Assembly (NCBI GenBank): GCA_963749705.1
Contig: CAVVNQ010000002.1
Location: 169,024 to 233,023 of the forward strand
Origin: an uncultured Chloroflexia bacterium
GTDB taxonomy: Bacteria > Chloroflexota > Limnocylindria > Limnocylindrales > CSP1-4
Length of the DNA: 64,000 bases
Direction: 5' to 3'
Below the pieces are notes generated by a model. The model worked only from the letters and a program-made list of their open reading frames with translations, was not told the origin of the DNA and ran no database searches. A program made the translations under genes and the position numbers. Positions 38,544 to 47,552 of the stretch are shown here, piece by piece. Numbering within the stretch: position 1 is the stretch's first letter; each line of letters starts with the position of its first letter.

Positions 38544-39731
38544 ATGACGACCGTGAGTCTCAACCCGCCGGTCCATGGCTCGATCCGCCTCGAGGAGGAG
38601 CACATCCTGCTCCGGGACGCAGTCCGCGTGCTCGCGGACGAGCAGATCGCACCGCGCGCCGCGGAGATCGACCAGCAGGGCGAGTTCCCCGAGGACGTCC
38701 GCCGGCTGCTTGCCGACCACGACATCCTGTCGATCCCGTTCGCGGAGGAGCACGGCGGGCTGGGCGGCGACCTGCTGACGCTGTGCCTCGCCATCGAGCA
38801 GCTGAGCCGCGTGTGCGCGACGTCAGGGCTGATCCTGGCCGTCCAGTCGCTGGGCGCGATCCCGATCCAGGTGGCCGGAACGAAGGAGCAGCAGGATCGC
38901 TGGCTGCCGGGGCTCGCGTCGGGCGAGAAGCTGATCGCGTTCGGGCTGACCGAGGCCGACGCGGGGTCCGACCCGTCGGGCATCCGGACGCGAGCCGTGC
39001 GCGACGGCGACGAGTACGTCATCGACGGCGCAAAGCGGTTCATCAGCCACGCCAGCATCGCGGACTACGTGGTCACCTTCGCCGTCACCAACCCCGACGC
39101 GGAGCGGCCCAGCCGGCGCCTGTCGGCGATCCTGGTCGAGACCGACCGGCCTGGGTTCAAGGTCACCCGGCTCGAGCACAAGATGGGCATCCGCGGCTCG
39201 CCCACCGCCGAGCTCGCGTTCGACGGCGTCCGGGTCCCGGTGGCCAACCGCCTCGGCGACGAGGGCCAGGGGTTCGCGATCGCGATGCAGACGTTCGAGC
39301 ACTCCCGGCCCGGGATCGCCGCCCAGGCGGTGGGGATCGCGCAGGGCGCCCTCGACGTCGCTGCGCATTACGCGACGGAGCGACGCCAGTTCGGCAAGCC
39401 GATCGGGGAGCTCCAGATGGTGCAGGCGATGCTCGCCGACATGGACGCGTCGACCGAGGCTGCCCGCCAGCTGCTGTATACGGCGTGCCAGGAGATCGAG
39501 GCCGGTGCCCCCGACGCGGCCCGCTGGGCGGCGATCGCCAAGCTCGTGGCCGGTGACGCCGCGATGCGCGTGACCACGGACGCCGTCCAGGTCCTGGGCG
39601 GGTACGGCTACATCGACGAATACCCCGTCGAGCGGATGATGCGCGACGCGAAGATCACCCAGCTCTACGAGGGCACCCAGCAGATCCAGCGGCTGATCGT
39701 CGCCCGGGCGTTGCTCGCGAAGAGCTCGTGA
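38544..39731 (+). CDS. Acyl-CoA dehydrogenase
   Basis: EEHILLRDAVRVLADEQIAPRAAEIDQQGEFP, FGLTEADAGSDP, IAAQAVGIAQGALD, YGGYGYIDEYPVERMMRDAKITQLYEGT. Confidence 0.93.
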   Translation: MTTVSLNPPVHGSIRLEEEHILLRDAVRVLADEQIAPRAAEIDQQGEFPEDVRRLLADHDILSIPFAEEHGGLGGDLLTLCLAIEQLSRVCATSGLILAVQSLGAIPIQVAGTKEQQDRWLPGLASGEKLIAFGLTEADAGSDPSGIRTRAVRDGDEYVIDGAKRFISHASIADYVVTFAVTNPDAERPSRRLSAILVETDRPGFKVTRLEHKMGIRGSPTAELAFDGVRVPVANRLGDEGQGFAIAMQTFEHSRPGIAAQAVGIAQGALDVAAHYATERRQFGKPIGELQMVQAMLADMDASTEAARQLLYTACQEIEAGAPDAARWAAIAKLVAGDAAMRVTTDAVQVLGGYGYIDEYPVERMMRDAKITQLYEGTQQIQRLIVARALLAKSS

Positions 39732-39768
39732 CCGGCCGGCGCCTACCCGACCCGGGAGCGATGACCCT

Positions 39769-40557
39769 GTGCATATCCTGGTCCTGACCAAGCCCGTCCC
39801 CGATCCCGCCGCGAACGCCGAGCGGCTGGGCCCCGATCACCGCCTCGATCGTGGCGCCTCGCCGACCGTCGTCAACGGCAACGACGAGTACGCCCTCGAG
39901 GCGGCGCTCCAGCTGATCGAGGCGCACGGCGGCGAGGTGTCGATCCTGACGATGGCCCCGGCCAACGCGACCGAGACGATGCGCAAGGCGCTCGCGATGG
40001 GCGCCATGCGCGGCGTGCTGGTGACCGATCCCGCGCTTGCGGGTGCGGACCTGCCGACCACGATCCGCGTGCTCGCCGCGGCCGCCTCCCGCCAACCCTT
40101 CGACCTGCTGCTGGCGGGGCTCGACACCTCGGACGGCGCCGCGGGTGCGGTCGCCGCGGGCGTCGCCGCCCGCCTCGGGCTGCCGCTCCTGTCGGCCGCC
40201 GCCCGGATCGAGCCGGACCCCGCGGCCGGCACCGTCCGCGTCCGGCGGCTGAGCGCGAAGGGCTACGACGTGCTCGAGTCGCCGATGCCCGCGGTGCTCT
40301 CGTGCACGCAGGCGCTCGGGACGCCGCGCTACCCGTCGCTCAAGGGGATCATGGCGGCCCGTTCACGAGAGATCGTGACCCTGTCACTCGCGGATCTCGG
40401 CGACGCTGACCTCGCGCCGGCCGATGGCCAATGGGCGACCCGCGTGGTCGCGGCGGACAAGCCACCCGCGCGCGCCGCCGGTCGCGTCGTTACCGGCCCC
40501 GCCGCCGATGCCGCCCGCGAGATCGCCGACGTCCTCGCTGCCCGGAGGCTCATCTGA
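39769..40557 (+). CDS. etfB: Electron transfer flavoprotein beta subunit
   Basis: HILVLTKPVPD..., NGNDEYALEAALQL, LLLAGLDTSDG, PRYPSLKGIMAA. Confidence 0.93.
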   Translation: MHILVLTKPVPDPAANAERLGPDHRLDRGASPTVVNGNDEYALEAALQLIEAHGGEVSILTMAPANATETMRKALAMGAMRGVLVTDPALAGADLPTTIRVLAAAASRQPFDLLLAGLDTSDGAAGAVAAGVAARLGLPLLSAAARIEPDPAAGTVRVRRLSAKGYDVLESPMPAVLSCTQALGTPRYPSLKGIMAARSREIVTLSLADLGDADLAPADGQWATRVVAADKPPARAAGRVVTGPAADAAREIADVLAARRLI

Positions 40558-41534
40558 TGACCGCGCGCATCCTGGTGGTCGCCGAGGTCGGCGACGGTCA
40601 GCTCACCCGGCTGTCGGCCGAGGTCGCCACGCTCGCCCGCGCGCTCGCCGAAGCGGCGGGCGGCAGCGTCCAGGGCCTGGTGATCGACGCCTCGCCCGAC
40701 GCCGCCGCGGACGAGCTCGCCGGGTACCTGCCGGCCGTGGTCACCGTGACCTCACCCGCGGTGGCCGGCGAGGTGTGGGCGCCCAGGGCGGTCGCCGAGA
40801 TCCGGCGTCTGGTCGACGACGGCGTGACCCACGTGCTGCTCGGCTCCACGGCCGACGGCCGGGACGTGGCGGGGGCCCTCGTCGGGCTGCTGGGCTGGGG
40901 CCTGCTGGCAAACGCGAGCGGGGCGGCCTGGGAGGACGGCGGGCTGGTCGTCGAGGCCACCGTGCTCGGCGGCAAGGCGATCACGCGCAGCACGCTGACG
41001 GGCCCCACGGGCATCGTGACCGTCGGCCTCGGTGCCGTCGCGGCGGAGCCGGCGGGCGCAACCGGAACCATCGAGAGCGTGCAGCCCGCCCCCGAGCCCG
41101 CGACGCCCGCGGTTCCAGTCCTCGAGCGGGTCGCCGAGGCCGGGGCGGAGGCATCGCTCGAGGAAGCTCGGGTCGTGGTCGTCGGCGGCCGCGGCGTCGG
41201 GAGCCCCGAAGGGTTCGCCATCGTCGACGAGCTCGCCGGCATCCTGGGCGGGGTGACCGGCGCCACCCGTGCATCGGTGGATGCGGGCTGGATCGCGTAC
41301 GCGCGACAGATCGGGCAGACCGGCAAGATCGTCAAGCCGGCGCTGTACCTGGGTCTGGGCGTGTCGGGCGCGATGCAGCACCGGGTCGGGATGCAGGGCG
41401 CCGAGACGATCATCGCGGTCAACCGGGACCCGGATGCCCCGATCGCGGAGATCGCCGACCTGTTCGTCGTGGGCGACCTGTTCCAGGTCGGGCCGGCGCT
41501 GGCCGCCGAGCTCCGCGCCCGGCGCGGTACCTGA
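40557..41534 (+). CDS. etfA: Electron transfer flavoprotein alpha subunit
   Basis: C-terminal FAD-binding region VVVVGGRGVG, RASVDAGW, QIGQTGKIVKPALYLGLGVSGAMQH, IIAVNRDPDAPI. Confidence 0.93.
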   Translation: MTARILVVAEVGDGQLTRLSAEVATLARALAEAAGGSVQGLVIDASPDAAADELAGYLPAVVTVTSPAVAGEVWAPRAVAEIRRLVDDGVTHVLLGSTADGRDVAGALVGLLGWGLLANASGAAWEDGGLVVEATVLGGKAITRSTLTGPTGIVTVGLGAVAAEPAGATGTIESVQPAPEPATPAVPVLERVAEAGAEASLEEARVVVVGGRGVGSPEGFAIVDELAGILGGVTGATRASVDAGWIAYARQIGQTGKIVKPALYLGLGVSGAMQHRVGMQGAETIIAVNRDPDAPIAEIADLFVVGDLFQVGPALAAELRARRGT

Positions 41535-41559
41535 CGGTCCTGGCCGTGGGGAGCGAGCC

Positions 41560-42162
41560 GTGACCGACGGGACCGGGCTGTGGCTGCTGCTGCTGGCCAT
41601 CCTGGCCTTCGCCGCCGCCGTGATCCTCCGCCGGATGGGCCGGCTGATCGCACGAACCCGGGAGCTCGAGGGCTTCCAGCGATCGGCCCGCCAGCTCGAT
41701 CGGGCGTTCGGCGCAACGGCCGATCCGATGGTGGCCCGGCTCGACGAGCTGCGGCGTCACGCCGGTGATCCGCAGGGCCTGGTCGGGCTGCTCGGACCGG
41801 CCTCCGAGACGCTGCGCACCGCGGCGAACGAGGCCAGGGCGCTGCGGCCGCCCGCGAGGCTCAGGGGCGAGGCGCAGGGTCTCGCACGCGAGCTGGACCG
41901 CGCGATCCGGGCGACCGAGATGGTGGAGCACGGCCTGGACGCGCTGCTCGCCGTGCGGGGCGGCCGGGAGCTCGAGGCGCAGACCTCGCTCAAGCGCGGC
42001 GCGCTCAATCTCCGCCATGCTCGCTCGGCGTTCCACGAGATCGTGGCGCAGGTGCTGGCGGTCGGTCCGGCGGACGTGGCGACCAACGCGCCGACGCGCT
42101 CCACCGGCGCCGGAGCGACCGTCCCGACGTACATCGTCGACGGCATCGACACCGACCTCTAG
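41560..42162 (+). CDS. Hypothetical N-terminally TM-anchored, helix-rich protein
   Basis: GTG start; TM helix LWLLLLAILAFAAAVIL, then Arg/Ala/Leu-rich predicted helices. No family recognised. Confidence 0.45.
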   Translation: MTDGTGLWLLLLAILAFAAAVILRRMGRLIARTRELEGFQRSARQLDRAFGATADPMVARLDELRRHAGDPQGLVGLLGPASETLRTAANEARALRPPARLRGEAQGLARELDRAIRATEMVEHGLDALLAVRGGRELEAQTSLKRGALNLRHARSAFHEIVAQVLAVGPADVATNAPTRSTGAGATVPTYIVDGIDTDL

Positions 42163-42172
42163 GCGGGCTACA

Positions 42173-42221
42173 ACCCCCGCATATAGTGGTATTCTCGCCA
42201 CGCACCACTAGGGATAGTGGT
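42173..42221 (+). promoter_or_regulatory. Two NrdR-box-like palindromes 31 bp apart (centre to centre), upstream of nrdR
   Basis: Box 2 ACCACTAgggaTAGTGGT (42204-42221) has perfect 7-bp arms. Box 1 acccccgcataTAGTGGT (42173-42190) shares the right arm. The CwA..TwG core resembles the NrdR-box consensus. Confidence 0.45.
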
Positions 42222-42243
42222 CTGGTGGAGGATTGGAGGGTCG

Positions 42244-42729
42244 ATGCGCTGCCCCCAGTGCGGCACTCGTGACACGCGCGTGGTGGACTCGCGCGACCTC
42301 GACGAGGCCTCGACGATCCGGCGCCGCCGGGAGTGCCCGGCATGCACCACGCGGTTCACGACGTACGAGCGGGTCGAGGCCGCCCGGCTGGTGGTCGCCA
42401 AGCGCGACGGCATCCGGCAGGAGTTCGATCGCGACAAGCTCGCGTCGGGCCTGGCCAAGGCGCTGACCCGGCGTCCGGTCGCCGACGACGCGGCGGAGCG
42501 CGCGGCCGACGAGATCGAGAGCGAGCTGCGGTCCTCGGGGGCGTCCGAGATCCCCAGCTCGCGGATCGGCACCATGGCGATGGACAAGCTGCGGGCGATC
42601 GACCACATCGCGTACATCCGGTTCGCATCCGTGTACCAGAGCTTCGAGGATCTCGAGGACCTCAAGCGCGAGGTCGACAGCCTGTTCGCGGAGGGCGGGG
42701 CGCCGAAGAAGCGGAAACCGCTCGCGTGA
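42244..42729 (+). CDS. nrdR: Transcriptional repressor NrdR (zinc ribbon plus ATP-cone)
   Basis: [45 protein letters not shown]...; [15 protein letters not shown]. Confidence 0.95.
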   Translation: MRCPQCGTRDTRVVDSRDLDEASTIRRRRECPACTTRFTTYERVEAARLVVAKRDGIRQEFDRDKLASGLAKALTRRPVADDAAERAADEIESELRSSGASEIPSSRIGTMAMDKLRAIDHIAYIRFASVYQSFEDLEDLKREVDSLFAEGGAPKKRKPLA

Positions 42730-44369
42730 GCGTCCTCGCCGATCGCGACATCCGGGCGGAGCTGGAGTCGGGCCGCGTCCGGATCGACCCCTATGACCCG
42801 TCGGACCTGCAGCCGTCGTCCGTGGACCTCCACCTCGATCGCAGCTTCCGCGTGTTCCGCAACAACCGGTACGCGTTCATCGACCCCCGCTCGCCGCAGC
42901 CGGACCTCACCGAGCTGCTGAGCATCGGCGAGGACGAACCGTTCGTGCTCCACCCCGGCGAGTTCGTCCTGGGCCAGACCCTCGAATGGGTGGAGCTGCC
43001 GGACGACCTGGTGGCAAGGCTCGAGGGAAAGGCGCTCGCCCTCGACACTCCGGTGCCGACGCCGTTCGGCTGGCGGACGATGGGCGATCTCGAGCCGGGC
43101 GACCTGGTCTTCGACGAGCACGGAGTTCCGACGACCATCGTCGCGACGACGCCGCCCCTTGCGGATCGACCCTGTCGCGAGATCACGTTCTCCGACGGTG
43201 CAACCGTGATCGCGGACGCGGACCACCAGTGGCTGACGGTGGACAAGAACGGTCGACGCGCGGGGCGCTGGCAGGGTGCGATCCGCACCACCGACGAGAT
43301 CGCGCGGACGCTCACGGTCCGTGGCGAGCGCAACCATCAGGTGCCGCTGCCAGGCTCGGTCGAGTACGCCCCGCGCATCGACCTTCCGATCGAGCCCTAC
43401 ACGCTCGGGGCGTGGCTGGGAGATGGCACGACCACGAAGGCCGAGATCACCTCCTGCGACGAGGAGGTTCTGCGGCAGATCAGCGGCGACGGGTTCTCGG
43501 TGCAGCCGTTGTGGTATGCCCCGCATGCATATCGGATCGGTGGTGTCGGGCGCACCCGTGACGCAACGACGGGCCGCTACGCGCGCAACGGATCCCTGTC
43601 GAGCCGACTGCGCACGATGGGCCAGATGCACGGCAAGTTCGTCCCTCGGGCGTACCTCGAGGCGGGTGTCAGCCAGCGGCTCGCCTTGCTCCAGGGGCTC
43701 ATGGATACGGACGGCTTCGTCGACGACGTGGCGGGACGGTGCGAGTTCACCAGCACGAACGAAGGCCTCGCCGATTCCGTTGTCGAGCTTGCCGCCAGCC
43801 TCGGCTTCCGGCCGGTGAGGTCCAGCGGGCGGGCGATGCTCAATGGCGTCGACCACGGACCCAAGTACCGGGTGAAGTTCACGCCCGACCGGCCGGTGTT
43901 CCGTCTGACCCGGAAGCTCGTCCGCCAGAAGCCGACCAGCAGCCGCTTCCATCGCTTCCGGGCGATCGCTGACGTGCGCGAGGTGGCCTCCGTGCCCGTC
44001 CGTTGTATCGAGGTGGCCTCGCCGCGAGGACTGTTCCTGGTGTCCCGCTCGTTCATCCCCACGCACAACAGCTCGCTTGGGCGCCTTGGGCTCCTCATCC
44101 ATTCCACCGCGGGATATGTGGATCCGGGCTGGAAGGGCACGCTCACCCTCGAGCTGTCGAACGTCGCCAACCTGCCGATCGCGCTGTACTACGGGATGCG
44201 AATCGGCCAGATCAGCTTCTTCCGGATGAGCTCGCCCGTCGAGCGGCCGTACGGCAGCAAGGAGCTGGGATCGAAGTACCAGGGCCAGTCGGAGCCAACG
44301 GCATCGGCGTTCCACGCGGACTTCGAGCGCGGCCGGAAGGTGCGGGAGAGCGGGGAAAGCCCAACGTGA
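42726..44369 (+). CDS. dcd: dCTP deaminase precursor (actinobacterial Dcd type) interrupted by a 346-aa intein
   Basis: N-extein of 102 aa ([11 protein letters not shown]...[27 protein letters not shown]) plus C-extein of 99 aa ([37 protein letters not shown]...) gives a normal 201-aa Dcd. GTGA overlaps at both ends. Confidence 0.93.
   Translation: MSVLADRDIRAELESGRVRIDPYDPSDLQPSSVDLHLDRSFRVFRNNRYAFIDPRSPQPDLTELLSIGEDEPFVLHPGEFVLGQTLEWVELPDDLVARLEGKALALDTPVPTPFGWRTMGDLEPGDLVFDEHGVPTTIVATTPPLADRPCREITFSDGATVIADADHQWLTVDKNGRRAGRWQGAIRTTDEIARTLTVRGERNHQVPLPGSVEYAPRIDLPIEPYTLGAWLGDGTTTKAEITSCDEEVLRQISGDGFSVQPLWYAPHAYRIGGVGRTRDATTGRYARNGSLSSRLRTMGQMHGKFVPRAYLEAGVSQRLALLQGLMDTDGFVDDVAGRCEFTSTNEGLADSVVELAASLGFRPVRSSGRAMLNGVDHGPKYRVKFTPDRPVFRLTRKLVRQKPTSSRFHRFRAIADVREVASVPVRCIEVASPRGLFLVSRSFIPTHNSSLGRLGLLIHSTAGYVDPGWKGTLTLELSNVANLPIALYYGMRIGQISFFRMSSPVERPYGSKELGSKYQGQSEPTASAFHADFERGRKVRESGESPT
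43032..44069 (+). mobile_element. Intein with a LAGLIDADG homing-endonuclease domain; class-3-like (Ala1, Trp-B12, Cys-F4, Thr-G5)
   Basis: Block [11 protein letters not shown]; block [12 protein letters not shown]; LAGLIDADG motifs [10 protein letters not shown] and [12 protein letters not shown]; block F VPVRCIEV; block G FIPTHN followed by Ser+1. Confidence 0.9.
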
Positions 44370-45241
44370 GCATCGACGACGGCGTCGATTTCCGGATGGA
44401 CCTGGGCGGCGGCACCACCGTGGCCCTGATCCAGGCCGGCACGTTCCGGTCGGACGCGGGAGCGCTGTTCGGTCCGGTGCCCTGGATCCTGTGGCGGCCC
44501 TGGGCCGAGGGCGAGATCGACGAGGACCGGCGGCTGCTCCAGGCGCTCAACTGCCTGCTGGTCGAGACGCCGGCCGGCCGCGTGCTCGTCGAGACGGGGA
44601 TCGGGGAGCGGATCAACGACAAGGGCCGCGCGATGCGCGGCTACCTCGGGACGCCGATCGCGCCGGCGATGCGCGACGCGGGCTTTGCCCCCGGCTCGGT
44701 CGACGTGGTCGCGATGAGCCATCTCCATTTCGACCACGCCGGGGGCCTGCTGCTGGCTGACGGTTCGCGCGCCTTTCCGCGGGCACGGATCGTGGCCCAG
44801 CGTGCCGAGTGGGAGCTTGCGCTCGGGGATAACAGCCGGGTGCTCGCCTCGTACGACCAGCCCGAGCTGCGGCTGGTGGCTGACTGGGGCGCCGAGGGCT
44901 GGGTCGAGGGCGATCGGGAGCTGGTGCCGGGCGTGTCCGTGATCGAGACCGGGGGGCATTCGATGGGACACCAGGCGATCGTGGTCCGGGGCACCGGACC
45001 TGGCGCGCGCACGCTCGCGTTCTTCGGCGACCTGTGCATGCGGCCGTGGGCGGCCAACCCGCGCTGGGTCACCTCGTTCGACGACTTCCCGCTGGACAGC
45101 GTCGCGCGCAAGGGCGAGCTGTTCCGGCGCGCGGTCGACGAGGACTGGCTGGTCGCGCTGTCGCATGAGTCGCGGGATCCTGTTGGGCGCCTGATCCCTG
45201 ATCGCGACCGGTTCCGGTTCGAAGGGTTGCGCAGCGGCTGA
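44366..45241 (+). CDS. MBL-fold metallo-hydrolase
   Basis: [17 protein letters not shown], metal motif [10 protein letters not shown], later [13 protein letters not shown] overlap with the dcd stop. Confidence 0.85.
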   Translation: MSIDDGVDFRMDLGGGTTVALIQAGTFRSDAGALFGPVPWILWRPWAEGEIDEDRRLLQALNCLLVETPAGRVLVETGIGERINDKGRAMRGYLGTPIAPAMRDAGFAPGSVDVVAMSHLHFDHAGGLLLADGSRAFPRARIVAQRAEWELALGDNSRVLASYDQPELRLVADWGAEGWVEGDRELVPGVSVIETGGHSMGHQAIVVRGTGPGARTLAFFGDLCMRPWAANPRWVTSFDDFPLDSVARKGELFRRAVDEDWLVALSHESRDPVGRLIPDRDRFRFEGLRSG

Positions 45242-45604
45242 GTCGGGCGCAATCCCGCGGACATGCTGTCGGTCGCGCGACCGCCGGACCGAACCCGACG
45301 TCCTGCCTCGCCCCCGGCCACCGGACCGCCCCTTGCCGCCGGGCCGCGCCGGTCCGCGCCACCGAACTCCTGCCACCTACCGCGCACCGTGGTGGTAGTC
45401 AGGCTCCTGCCACCTGTGCAGCACCCGAGGGAGCTTGCCCGGTCGCAGCTCGTGCACGGATCCGGCGTCTCGAGCCCGTTCAGGTCGGCCATTCCCCACG
45501 CCGACCCCGCCTACCACCACTGGCGGCGGTACCTGACGGCACTTTCGCGCGGTTCCGCCGATAGCACCGCTACCGGCGGTGCGCGACGCGACGAGAGGGA
45601 CGGG

Positions 45605-45643
45605 TGCCGTACGACGGCATCGGCGCGCGCCCAGTAGCGCGCC
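45605..45643 (-). terminator. Two adjacent GC hairpins just downstream of the tlpA-like gene (candidate terminators)
   Basis: ggcgcgc-N8-gcgcgcc (45622-45643) lies 4 nt from the stop at 45647; tgccgt-acg-acggca is at 45605-45619. Confidence 0.35.
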
Positions 45644-45646
45644 GGA

Positions 45647-46327
45647 TCAGCTGCCCGGCAGCCACGCCTCCACTCGCGCCTTCGCCGTGTCGTCGGTGAG
45701 CGGCCCGTTGATCACCTCGAGGATCCGGCCATCGGCGCCGATGAAGAACTGCGTCGGCAGCGCGAACACTCGGTACAGCCCGAAGATGTCGGCGGACGCG
45801 TCGAACGCGATGTCATAGCCGAGCTCGTAGCGCTGCGCGTAGGCGCGCACGTCGTCGACCGTCGTCTCCTGGACGGCGATGCCGATGATCGACAGCCCGC
45901 GGGACCGGTACGCGGCGTCCATGTCGCGCAGGACCGGGGTCTCAGCCTGGCACGGCGGGCACCACGTCGCCCAGAAGTTGAGCCACACCAGCCTGCCGCG
46001 AAGGTCGGCCAGGCGGACCGGATTGCCATCGAGATCGGTCAGCATGACGGAGGTCCCGTCGGCGCGGACGGTCTCGAGCTCGGGGGCGACGTCGCCGGGT
46101 CGCAGCCCTTCCGTGGTCGGCCCGAGGACGTACGGCGTCGACGCCGGGATCGTGATGGTTCCGGTGGGGCCGGCGGCGATCGGGCGGGTGACGACGGTCA
46201 GGGTGACCGCGGCGACCACCACGATCAGGAGCACGGTCAGCAGCTGGCGGCCGCTGAACGGGCCGATGAGCCCGCGCCGCTGACTGGGCGGGGTCGGCTG
46301 CGGACCCGGCTCGGGCGCCGTCGTCAT
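45647..46327 (-). CDS. TlpA/ResA family thiol-disulfide oxidoreductase, membrane anchored
   Basis: TM anchor LLTVLLIVVVAAVTLTVV; thioredoxin fold with LNFWATWCPPCQAE. Confidence 0.88.
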   Translation of the reverse strand: MTTAPEPGPQPTPPSQRRGLIGPFSGRQLLTVLLIVVVAAVTLTVVTRPIAAGPTGTITIPASTPYVLGPTTEGLRPGDVAPELETVRADGTSVMLTDLDGNPVRLADLRGRLVWLNFWATWCPPCQAETPVLRDMDAAYRSRGLSIIGIAVQETTVDDVRAYAQRYELGYDIAFDASADIFGLYRVFALPTQFFIGADGRILEVINGPLTDDTAKARVEAWLPGS

Positions 46328-47142
46328 ACGAACGATGTGAACTGGAAGTAGCGCGGCAGCAGGACCAGGAGGTCGAAGATCATCGCCAGCCCGATGGCCA
46401 CGACGAGCAGCCCGCCGACCAGCGAGACCGCGCGCCCGTGGCGAACCAGGAACCGCGTCACGCGCGTTGCGCGATCGTAGAACGCCGCGATGAGCAGGAA
46501 CGGGATCCCGAGCCCGGCCGTGTAGCTCACCAGCAGCAGCGCACCCTGGAGCTTCGTGTCCGACACGGCAGCCATGGTCAGGATGCCGCCCAGGATCGCG
46601 CCGATGCACGGCGTCCAGCCGATGGCGAAGATGGCCCCCAGCGCGAACGCAGCGGGCAGGCCGGCGCGCCCACCCACGAGCCGCCGGCCCAGGCGTCCAC
46701 CGGTCCCGCCGCCCGGAGTGCCGCCGGCCGGGGCCAGGGTCATTCCGCCGGTCATCGAGGAGAGTCCCGCGGAGGCCCCGGCGTCGAGCGGGCGCCACGT
46801 CCGCTCGAGGATGGGGATGTTCACGAGGCCCGCCAGGCTCAGGCCCATGATCACGAGCACGAAGCCGCCGACCACGCGCAGCGGCTGGATGTAGTCGGCG
46901 ATGGCGCCACCCGCGAACGCGGCGGTGACCCCGAGCAGCGTGAACACGGTGCCGAAGCCCGCGACGTAGGCGGCCGCATGGCGCATCGCCGCCCAGCGCG
47001 ACGGCGTCTCCCCCTGGTTGGCGGCGACCGCGACCGCGGTCAGCTGCCCGAGGTACGCGGGCACGAGCGGCAGCACGCACGGCGACAGGAACGAGATCAG
47101 GCCCGCCGCGAAGGCGACCAGGATCGTGTAATCGCCGGTCAT
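46324..47142 (-). CDS. ccdA: Cytochrome c biogenesis protein CcdA (DsbD-type transmembrane thiol transporter)
   Basis: FAAGLISFLSPCVLPLVPAYLG and a second Cys motif GWTPCIGAILGGIL; polytopic. ATGA overlaps on both sides. Confidence 0.9.
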   Translation of the reverse strand: MTGDYTILVAFAAGLISFLSPCVLPLVPAYLGQLTAVAVAANQGETPSRWAAMRHAAAYVAGFGTVFTLLGVTAAFAGGAIADYIQPLRVVGGFVLVIMGLSLAGLVNIPILERTWRPLDAGASAGLSSMTGGMTLAPAGGTPGGGTGGRLGRRLVGGRAGLPAAFALGAIFAIGWTPCIGAILGGILTMAAVSDTKLQGALLLVSYTAGLGIPFLLIAAFYDRATRVTRFLVRHGRAVSLVGGLLVVAIGLAMIFDLLVLLPRYFQFTSFV

Positions 47143-47450
47143 GTGGCGGTCACCGGATCCCCGCCGAGCACCGCACCGCCGTCGAGCGTATCGGCCAGGA
47201 ACCGGCGCAGCTTGGCGGCCGTGGTGGCCAGCTCCACCTCGTGGGCGCCGAAGACGACGACCGGAATGGTCAACGCGTACCGCCGCTGGAGCGCTTCGTC
47301 GCCGTCGATGCTCCGCTCCTCCAGCACCGGAGCCGGGAGGCCGCGAGTCGCGCGGTCGGCGAGCAGCCCGTCGAGCATCGCGCGCGCGTCCTCGCACAGG
47401 TGGCAGCCGGGGCGGCCGTACAGGATGAGGGAGGGCAGGGGAGTGGTCAC
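47139..47450 (-). CDS. Glutaredoxin-like (DUF836/thioredoxin-fold) protein
   Basis: LILYGRPGCHLCEDARAML (CxxC); about 100 aa. Confidence 0.75.
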   Translation of the reverse strand: MTTPLPSLILYGRPGCHLCEDARAMLDGLLADRATRGLPAPVLEERSIDGDEALQRRYALTIPVVVFGAHEVELATTAAKLRRFLADTLDGGAVLGGDPVTAT

Positions 47451-47552
47451 GGACCGATTGTAGGCGGGCTTTCGCGATCGGCCCGGCGCAGCCCGCTCGT
47501 CCGTTGCGGTTGCGGCCTCCCGGCGCCATCGAGCGCCCGTATCATCGCCGCC

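Noticed and set aside
38177-39058. Full 293-aa minus-strand ORF
   Set aside because: Its upstream two-thirds are antisense to the acyl-CoA dehydrogenase. Only the C-terminal TM plus zinc-ribbon segment (38177-38401/38464) lies in otherwise non-coding DNA.
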